Shown one piece after another: positions 38,839 to 47,930 of a stretch of 64,000 nucleotides of DNA (position 1 is its first letter; each line of letters starts with the position of its first letter). The stretch is from Lama glama (lineage: Eukaryota). The notes beneath the pieces are model-generated. The model searched no databases. It was not told where the DNA came from and saw only the letters and a list, made by a program, of their open reading frames with translations. A program made the position numbers and the translations under genes. The DNA is taken from contig CM052816.1 of NCBI GenBank assembly GCA_028534125.1, positions 73,658,001 to 73,722,000 on the forward strand. The letters run 5' to 3'.

Positions 38839-41167
38839 CAAGTAGACATGTAAACAATTATTCTGATTCAGATCCACCCAATTATATTTCTGCCTTCTTA
38901 AATATAAATTTATATTTATATCATCAACAAAATTTAGTCCCATATGAATTTCCATCAAATACATTTATTATAAAAATGAATGATTGATAATCAGAGTAAA
39001 GTGCAAATGATTAAATTATCATTTAGATTTCAGTTTGTAAATATTACAGGACTTATGGGAAACATTTTTCTCAAAACTGGTAAATCACACTATTTAAAAG
39101 GATATCTATCTACATTCATAAAAACTCAGCTGCTAATGATATGAAGCACCTAAAAAAGTAAGTTAAATTACTTAGAGAAGTTAAGTCTTGATCCTTTATT
39201 GGATTTTAAATTCAAACAAATACCACTAAAATGCTAAATATAACATTCAATAAATATAGAAATTAGCTGAGTTTAGGTCAGATAGACATGTCCAAGATTT
39301 TAAAAATACATTTCCCCAGACTTGGTTCGTCTGGGGATATTTTTATAAATAGAACATTTTCAACCTTCCCTTTAAAAATATAAAATATATAGCATCAGTG
39401 TCAATAAATTACGTGATTCAAAGTAACTTGTAGAGGAAAGAATCAAGATTTGTTTATCTTAGAACATCTGATTTGGTATTAACCACATATTCTTTAATGT
39501 GATTTATCCTTTCACTTCATTTATTTTTAATGCAGGCAACAGAATTCACAAAAATGCACAGAACAATTGCAATATATAAAATAATGCTTAGGAAAATTGT
39601 ATTCTATTGAAAAAAATCAAAGTCATTTTCAAATCTTATCAAAATATACAACTCTGAGGTAAAGAATAAAAACTTTGAATAATCAAGCCTTAGTTTGTCA
39701 AATCCAAAATGCTTTCCCAAAACATTTCCCCATCACTCAATTTTAAAAGTCTATAACAACAACTTTCTGTGATCAGTTAAATTTGAATGTGCAACACACT
39801 GAATCTGTTCAGCCACCCAAGAGGAGAGGCCAAGGATGCAGACTGTTCTTATTTATTAAATGTGATGTAACTGGAGACTGAAGTCATAGTCAAGAATTTG
39901 TACCCACCCCTTCCCACCATACAACACATGCAAAGCTTTCTTTTCATTAAAGTCAGATTGGAAGGGATCATTTTTATCTTGTGTTATTATGTATTTAAGA
40001 AACCAGACATAATAGGGCAAAGATATGCCAAACAGGAGAACAAATAATAGGTTATCACAGATTTAAATCTTTTGAACCAAAGGGAACTATGTAGTACTAA
40101 GTTTCCAAATGGATTTATTTTGGTATGTGGCTTTCTCTACACAGAAGCAAATTTTTCTTAATTTTTCTACAAACTCCAAGAAGGAATTAAGTTCTAGGTA
40201 GTAACCCAAATCTATAAACATAAGTTCTCTGATTTCTCAGAGTCCAAAGGGGCATTTCATATGAAAAACAAAAGTGAACCAGAGCCCATGACATTGTTCT
40301 CATACACGTTTCCATAACCTTTTCATCAGTTTCATAAGCAAGAGCTACCTTGCCAAAATCTCACCAACACTGAGCCCATAGTACACCACAAGGATAAGTA
40401 TTTACTTGTACTCTGTTCTGCTGAGTTCAAGGTCAACCTGAGGTTCACTATTTCAAAATAAGAAATTAAAACAAGTAGGTAAGGGCAATTATTATTAACC
40501 AAAGAGTACAGCCAACCTCAAAACATGTAGGTGGAAGTCATCTACTGCTTTCAACCTACTAGAGGAGACTTGGATGTGTTCCTTCTGTCTTATCTCTAGC
40601 AGCAATCATACATTAATTCTGGCACTCACAATCGGTTCAGTATTTAGGAAAACCAGTGGTAAAAGACATCTCTACAAGGATTTGAGCAGAATTCATTAAA
40701 GAATGGATCCTAATAAGCTAGAGCAAAAGCTTTACCAAAATTACATAATGTAAGTATCGCTTGATGTATGCCTTCCTTCATTTGAGGCAAAATAAAAAAT
40801 GAGAGTGCTATTGCTAATCTTCTTTGGCAAATGTGTTTTTATTCTTGTCCTCACAAGGTGAAGTTTCTTTTGGGAGATACTTCTGCTTCTCCTTTCATAT
40901 TGCCTGCCTTTGCTTCTCTTCTTACTATTGCAAAGCAAAAAAGATCAGAAGATATTGGTCTTAGAGTTAATGGTGGTTGTTGAGGAATGAAAGAAAAAAT
41001 TCTAATTTCTTTTTCCTTACCTCAAATTTTGGTTATAGATATGTATGTATATATATGATTTATTAGTCAATATGGAAAGTGTTCAAATAGTGTTTGAAAA
41101 ATGTAAGGTAAGATCATTCTATCATATAAATATTAAAAACTATCTTCAAAAAATTGTTTTTTGGATG

Positions 41168-41226
41168 TCACATTAAACATCCTAAGTGTTTAATGGATGT
41201 TTAAACACTTAGGATGTTTAATGTGA
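41168..41226. repeat. Perfect 26-bp inverted repeat with 7-nt spacer
   Basis: TCACATTAAACATCCTAAGTGTTTAA (41168-41193), TGGATGT, then TTAAACACTTAGGATGTTTAATGTGA (41201-41226), the exact reverse complement. Confidence 0.97.
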
Positions 41227-41333
41227 GAAAAGCACATAAATTGGATGACCTGATGATTACTGTTATTAGAATTTTAGTAATTATCACAGTGGCTAAGCCA
41301 TGGTTGTCATTCTATAATAATTAAGAGTGAATG

Positions 41334-43097
41334 GAAAGGACAAAAACCACATGATCATCTCAATCGATGCAGAAAAAGCATTTGATAAAATTCAACACCC
41401 ATTTACGATAAAAACTCTCGCCAAAGTGGGTATAGAGGGAACATATCTCAACATAATAAAAGCTATATATGACAAACCTACAGCCAGCATAGTACTCAAC
41501 GGTGAAAAACTCAAAAGCTTCCCACTAAAATCTGGGACAAGACAAGGATGCCCACTATCACCACTCCTATTCAACATAGTCCTGGAAGTCCTAGCCACAG
41601 CAATCAGGCAAGAGAGAGAAATAAAAGGGATCCAAATTGGAAAAGAAGAAGTAAAAGTGTCATTATATGCTGATGACATGTTACTATATATAGAAAACCC
41701 TAAAAGGTCTACACAAAAACTACTAGAGCCAATCGAAGAATTCAGCAAGGTAGCAGGTTACAATATTAACATTCAAAAATCAGTTGCATTTCTTTACACT
41801 AATGATGAATCAACAGGAAAACAAAGTAAAGAAACAATCCCTTTTAAAATAGCACCCAAAGTAGTAAAATATCTAGGAATAAACCTAACCAAGGAGGTGA
41901 AAGAATTATACAGAAAATTATAAACCATTGATGAAGGAAATTAAAGAAGACTTTAAAAAATGTAAAGATATCCCATGCTCTTGGATTGGAAGAATCAATA
42001 TTGTTAAAATGATCATACTGCTCAAGGCAATCTACAGATTTAATGCAATCCCTATCAAATTACCCAGGACATATTTCACAGAACTAGAACAAATCATAAT
42101 AAAATTTATATGGAACCATCAAAGACCTAGAATTGCCAAAGCATTACTGAAGAGAAAGAAAGAAGCTGGAGGAATAACTCTCCCAGACTTCAGACAATAC
42201 TATAGAGCTACAGTCATCAAGACAGCATGGTACTGGTACCAAAACAGACATATACANNNNNNNNNNNNNNNNNNNNNNNNNNNNNNNNNNNNNNNNNNNN
42301 NNNNNNNNNNNNNNNNNNNNNNNNNNNNNNNNNNNNNNNNNNNNNNNNNNNNNNNNNNNNNNNNNNNNNNNNNNNNNNNNNNNNNNNNNNNNNNNNNNNN
42401 NNNNNNNNNNNNNNNNNNNNNNNNNNNNNNNNNNNNNNNNNNNNNNNNNNNNNNNNNNNNNNNNNNNNNNNNNNNNNNNNNNNNNNNNNNNNNNNNNNNN
42501 NNNNNNNNNNNNNNNNNNNNNNNNNNNNNNNNNNNNNNNNNNNNNNNNNNNNNNNNNNNNNNNNNNNNNNNNNNNNNNNNNNNNNNNNNNNNNNNNNNNN
42601 NNNNNNNNNNNNNNNNNNNNNNNNNNNNNNNNNNNNNNNNNNNNNNNNNNNNNNNNNNNNNNNNNNNNNNNNNNNNNNNNNNNNNNNNNNNNNNNNNNNN
42701 NNNNNNNNNNNNNNNNNNNNNNNNNNNNNNNNNNNNNNNNNNNNNNNNNNNNNNNNATGTGGAATCTAAAAAACAAAAACAAAAAAACAAAGCATAAATA
42801 CAAAACAGAAATAGACTCATAGGCATGGAATACAAACTTGTGGTTGCCAAGGGGGTTGAGGGTGGGAAGGGATAGACAGGATTTTAAAATTGTAGAATAG
42901 ATAAACCAGATTATACTGTAAAGCACAGGGAAATATACACAAGATCTTATGGTAGCTCATGGAGAAAAAAATGTGACAATGAATATGTATATGTTCATGT
43001 ATAACTGAAAAATTGTGCTCTACACTGTAATTTGACACATTGTAAAATGATTATAAATCAATAGAAAATGTTAAAAAAAATTTTAATTTTTTTAAAA
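41334..43097 (+). mobile_element. Young 5'-truncated L1 (RT region to tail), spanning an assembly gap
   Basis: ORF2 RT motifs [22 protein letters not shown] and YLGINL. One frameshift (~41910) in ~920 bp before the gap. The 3' UTR and A/T-rich tail follow the gap. Probable 11-bp TSD at 41323-41333 / 43098-43108. Confidence 0.97.
42257..42756. other. Assembly gap (500 N)
   Basis: Run of N read directly. Confidence 1.
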
Positions 43098-43824
43098 AAG
43101 AGCAAATGAATGCATAAATAAATGAATGAACGTTTAGACATAGAACTATCAAAACAAATAAGACTTGCTAGAGTCTCTGGCTCCTTCTGGTTCAAAAGGA
43201 ATGCCAAACACATGCATCCCACATATGGTTCTCTGTATGCTCTTCCCACTGCCATCCTCTCCTTAATGACTTGCTTTTACTGAAGGGAACAGTTTTAGAT
43301 AAATACCAACTGAAAGATGGTGCCTAAATAAAGTTCTGGAAGTGACTTTTTGAGGTGCTAGAAGCTCCCACACATTGAGACCTCCCACAAGCAATTTTCT
43401 TAGGGCAGTTTCCAAATAACAAGGATTGGTGAGGTCTGCTTGTGTAATACCACCTAGTCATCCATCTTAATCTAGTGTTAGCTTGAGGAGTCAGCTAGAG
43501 CATTTTTCTTCCCTCCCTACCCCCAAAGAACAGGAAGAAAGACATGAATATGTAGAACATGTAGTAGAACATGTTATGATCCTGATGGGGAAAGGATGAG
43601 GCAGTCAGAAGATGGCATCCTTCCCTGGCAGGAATGTAGTATGGTTACACACTCACACCTTGTAGATATTGTCTTAAGTCAAATAAAATTTCAGAGTAAT
43701 AAGAATAATGGAAAATAAAGAAAAAGTCAACAGATTAATGTAGGAGAAATATTAGGCTTGTTCTAACACTAAAATCTATCAATTTGAGAAAATAAAAAAT
43801 TATCTAAAGCTAAAATTTTATCTA

Positions 43825-44013
43825 CAGTTGACCCTTGAATAACTCAGGGGTTAGGGAGGCCAACTCTTCATACAGTTAAAAATCCACAGGACCTCCACAT
43901 TCGCTGGCCCAACCAACCTCATATCGTGTAGAACTATGGTATTTACTAGTGAAAAACATTCATCTATAAGTGGACCCATGCAATTCAAATCTGTGTTGTT
44001 CAAGGGTCAACTG
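43825..44013. mobile_element. Tigger-type MITE (MER8/Tigger3-like)
   Basis: TIRs CAGTTGACCCTTGAATAAC / GTTGTTCAAGGGTCAACTG; TA on the left and TG (mutated TA) on the right. Confidence 0.9.
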
Positions 44014-44153
44014 TGTTTACTCAACCCTGCATTTCCTAAGAATGTTTGGTATATAAAATCCTAATCAACTTTCTTTAAAACTTGCCTTATTGGTGCAAAT
44101 TTGTGAAATTAACTGCTTTGGAAAAAGTAGAGTATAAAACTGTTAGTAGTCCA

Positions 44154-44245
44154 GAGGGAGGGTATAGCTCAGTGGTAGAGTGTGTGCCTAGCTAGCATGC
44201 ACTAGGTCCTGGGTTCAATCCCCAGTATCTCCATTAAAATAAACA
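44154..44245 (+). mobile_element. tRNA-derived SINE (camelid Vic-1-like)
   Basis: GGGTATAGCTCAGTGGTAGAG (A box), GGGTTCAATCCCC (B box), A-rich tail; perfect 18-bp TSD AAAACTGTTAGTAGTCCA at 44136-44153 and 44246-44263. Confidence 0.95.
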
Positions 44246-44742
44246 AAAACTGTTAGTAGTCCAATATTTACTTTGGAAATTAACTGCTCAAAGAAATGGC
44301 TTTCTTCTTCTTAGTTAAGGTGACTGAATTGAAATAATAGCATGATAAGGCATTGTTTAGCAAAGGGCTGGCATTTGGTGTTGTGATGAGTCACCTAATT
44401 TGGGGGCTCCTTTCTCCATAATTCAACCTTCCCTTTCTCACTCCTTCTACTTTAAGGGGAAAGGTAAACAAATTATAAGTATATGGCAATATTCCAGAAA
44501 TAGTAAGGTTTGAAATAGGTAGTGGTTCTGATCCTCAGCATCAAATGCCCCTTCCAAATTTTGAAGATTTCTCCATTTTATGTATCAAGAAAAGACACGG
44601 ACCCACCTCATGCTATGGAAGTCAAAGTTATCAGATACTCCCATATCTGATACATATCTGATACTCCCCCACTTCCCAAATCTGGCCTGGATTCACTGAG
44701 TTAAATATTTTTACCTAGGATTTGAATTTTGAGTGTGTGGTG

Positions 44743-45205
44743 CTATCTTAGGGTCAGGTCCCCCAAAAGCAGAGTCTGAGTCAAAGATTCAAAAGCCAAT
44801 AGTTTGTTTGGAAAATGCAAGAACACCAGTAGGAGAGAGAAGAAATTAAATAAAGGAAGGAGGGGAAGGCAGTGAAGGGGTGGCGGGTGGGGGGAGGGGT
44901 TGGAGCATTAACAAGCCAGCTACCACTATGAGGTGACCAGAGCTAATTTTTCTTGGGCAAATGGTATAAACACATTAGAGTAGTTCCACCTGAGGAGAGA
45001 GGAAGCGTGTGTGTACGCTGGCTCTCATCAGTCATTGATTGAGAGCTGAGGGATATTAATTCATCAGTACTTTCAACGTGCAGCATGCAAATTGAATAGC
45101 CTTTGTAGATTCAAAGAAAGCTCTTAGGCAAAGAGATGCAGATACTGGTAGGTACAGGTCAGCCTGAGCAAGCTCAGGAAGTAAAGCTTGAGGTCCATGG
45201 GGAGC
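44743..45205 (-). mobile_element. ERVL LTR (LTR16-like)
   Basis: TCTTAGGGTCAGGTCCCCCAAAAGCAGAGTCTGAGTCAAAGATTC...TAGTTTGTTTGGAAA...CACCAGTAGG is the typical reverse-strand LTR16-type end. Confidence 0.6.
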
Positions 45206-45500
45206 CACCCAAGATATTTTTAACATGACTTGCAGTGGTGGCCTTCAGTGCCAATGACAGTATCAAATGTCCAGCAGTGCCCAGCAACAGAAGGGAGAAC
45301 AATGGCATTGTAACCAGTGTGTTCCTACAACTATGTCAGTTTTGATATCTGCTGCCTCACCTCACCATTTCCCAAGCCTGATTCTCCTACCTTTCCCTTG
45401 ATTCTGCATGAGTCATCCAGTATCTTTCAAATGAATTATTTTTCTACCTAAATTGGCCAGTGTTAGCTTCTCTGCCATGCAACAAAGGACCCAGATGCTT
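45205..45500 (+). mobile_element. 3' part of an old ERVL/MaLR LTR (5' part probably ~44560-44742)
   Basis: CCTGATTCTCC...CCCTTGATTCTG...CCAGTATCTTTCAAATGAATT...AAATTGGCCAGTGTTAGCTTCT...TGCAACAAAGGACCC LTR 3' end motifs. Confidence 0.55.
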
Positions 45501-45739
45501 TACACAGTGGTGCTCAAAGTAAGTAAAATTCAGATGGGGAATGCCACCTGTGGCAAATCCTGAACCAAAGTAAACTCCCTAAGGTTTTGGAATAAAGTCA
45601 TACAGTCTTCAGAATGTAATTATTTCAGCAACTATGTGGTCTCCTTTAGAGAACAGCTTCTGACTTACCACTGGGCCCTGATGGATGTGAATGCCTTACT
45701 ATGAGACACTAAGTAATCGGGGGATTACAGCTGCCAAGA

Positions 45740-46195
45740 ATAAGTTGGCTATATCTAATATACTACAGCACAGGCTACTATAACAAAGAAAACAAAAATT
45801 TACACATTTAATTATCCAGTGGTGTCCAGAGGCATCTAAAAGTGATCCACATCCAAGAGGGAACTCTGTTCTAAAAGGTTCCCTGTCTCATTTCTCTATT
45901 ATCTCTTAAAGAATAATACTCATTTTTACGGCAAAAATTGGCTCAACAACATGCCTATATGCCAGCCTATGGAAAGTGGCAAAGAAAATCCAGGACAAAC
46001 AACTTCTTTTTAAGCAAGTGAAATAAACATTAGTTTCATTTGCATTCCATTAGCAAGAACTTAGACACACAGCCAATTAGCTGCAAAGGAGACTACGAAA
46101 TATATTCTCTAATTAAAAGGAGCCATGTGCCAAGATAAATACTGTTAATATGGAAAAGGGCAAACATGAATTTGGCAAGATGATTAGCAGTCTTT
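45740..46195 (-). mobile_element. Old MaLR LTR (MLT1J/K-like)
   Basis: GGCTACTATAACAAA...CCACATCCAAG...CATTCCATTAGCAAGAACTTAGACACACAGCC...TAGCTGCAAAGGAGACT. Confidence 0.6.
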
Positions 46196-46339
46196 TCTGA
46201 ATAACCTTGTCGAAAAATCGGGCGTGTGCAATATTCTTTCATCAAATAGATGCACCAAATTAGATAGATGCAGGTTTTAGGGGCAGGTCATTTGTACTTT
46301 CCATGTACGCATACCTACAACACTGCCACACATTATTCA

Positions 46340-47160
46340 GCTCACACTTAAGGCCTCATAGAGTGACCCAAATAACCAAGTGACTGAGGACACTTTTCAA
46401 GCCCAGTTTCCAGGCATCTGTGACAATTGCTGAAAGTAGCTTGCCTTGGAGATACAATATCACCAAAAAATTGGTCCTGAAAAGGGCAGAACTTAGAGCA
46501 ACACAATTTGGAGAACTCATCTATGTAAATTTCTGGCTGGAAGCTTAAGCTCTAATTAAACAGTTAAGGATATGAAAGAAATAATATAGGAAGACTGTCG
46601 ACAAGAAGGTTTGGAGATGTGTTATATGGGTGGATTTCTTGGAATAAGCATAAAAATGTTGTGTGTTAGATGAGTATCCACTAAAAAGGAAAACATTCTT
46701 GATGAGTCAGTTCTTAATAATCAGATGGACAAGATTTTGTTATGGTTTCAGCCTGGAAACAAGGCCTTGCAAGGCTGGAACGTGGCCCGATAGGATAAGA
46801 CATATGATCTGGACCAAAGACCAACACTAGTCTCTCATAACAAGCATATTTGAGTCTGGAAACCAAGATAGGTAAGAATGATGCTTCTCAACAATCAAAT
46901 GACACATTTGCAATTTTTTATGTTTTTTCACATCCAATGCTCAAAGTTTACGAGTCAAAAAAACAGTGTTAATACTTAAAAGAACAGTACCTCCAACAGA
47001 GAACAGGTAACATGACAAAAGTTCCATAGAATTAGAAGCTGAGGGTACCACCTAACCATTACTGGCCGCTTATAGCACTGGGTGAACCAGCAAAAACTGA
47101 ATTAGAGTGTGGATTGAGGAGACAGCCCCTGACTATCAAGGGAAAATAGTAGAGCTGCCC
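46340..47160 (+). mobile_element. ERVL internal fragment (RNase H and dUTPase remnants)
   Basis: Decayed translations RAELRA (46483), RKTVDKKVW (46588) and LNNQMDKI (46713) fit ERVL RNase H; KLRVPP (47036) and PDYQGKI (47128) fit ERVL dUTPase. Confidence 0.75.
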
Positions 47161-47829
47161 ACCTGCTTCACTCAGATACCGCCTCCACTAAGATCACACT
47201 AAACCATCCACAACTGCACAAACTGGTTGTATATTTTTATGCTTCTGGGGCCTTGGTACTTGCTAATCCTTCTTGCCTCATGTGCCCTCCACTCAGCTTT
47301 CAAAGCCAAGGTCAAAAATCGTGTTCTGTATAAACTTTCTCCTGAAAGTCCCAGACAGAGTTAGTTACTATATCCCTTATGCATAAGGTCAGAGAGCAGT
47401 CACAGCTCTTTTCACATCACACTGTAACCATTTACATGTCCACGGTCCTTATTACACTGCAAATGTCTGACTGAGCAAATTAATTCAAGAACTGCAAACT
47501 TAAGAACTGCACATTTCTGACCAAGGAAGATGATTTTAACAAGATATAGTCAATTTAGCCTTTGGCCGAGAATTTTAGCGCCCACTATAATACCTGTCAT
47601 AGAGAAAGCTCTAAATGTATCTTGTCTAAATTAATCAATAAGTTTTTACAAGATATATACAGCAATTAAAAGTGTTATAAAGTTTTCACTTAGGAGTGAT
47701 GTCAGAGTTAAAAAATGTATTGGGAACCCATCAAAATGAGGTGATTCTTTTGATCATCTTGATCAGGGGTTTTGGCTTACATAGTTTTAAATAGGCTCTC
47801 TGTGTTGTGTAGTGAATCACCTCTCTTTG

Positions 47830-47930
47830 ATAAACATTTGGCAACTCCAGAACCTAGCCCTGTGCTGAAAAAAAGTGGACACTCATTCAATGTTTGTATA
47901 ATGGATGAATGAATGGATGAATAAATGTAT
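47830..47930 (+). mobile_element. L2 3' end with (TGAA)n-type tail
   Basis: CCAGAACCTAGCCCTGTGCTG...CACTCA...ATGTTTG...GGATGAATGAATGGATGAATAAATG. Confidence 0.6.

Noticed and set aside
41168..41226. miR-30 family precursor (TAAACATCCT resembles the miR-30 5' end)
   Set aside because: It lacks the TGTAAACATCC start, the rest does not match, and perfectly paired arms are unlike miR-30 hairpins.
41327..42797. Long ORFs (198 aa and 289 aa) with reverse transcriptase motifs as a host gene or novel RT system
   Set aside because: Ordinary L1 ORF2, 5'-truncated and frameshifted; the 289-aa length is inflated by the N gap.
42144..42926. ORFs of 180-260 aa crossing the gap
   Set aside because: Artefacts of translating Ns.
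44154..44245. tRNA gene (also 60298-60420)
   Set aside because: A-rich tails, TSDs and a degenerate acceptor stem indicate SINE copies rather than tRNA genes.
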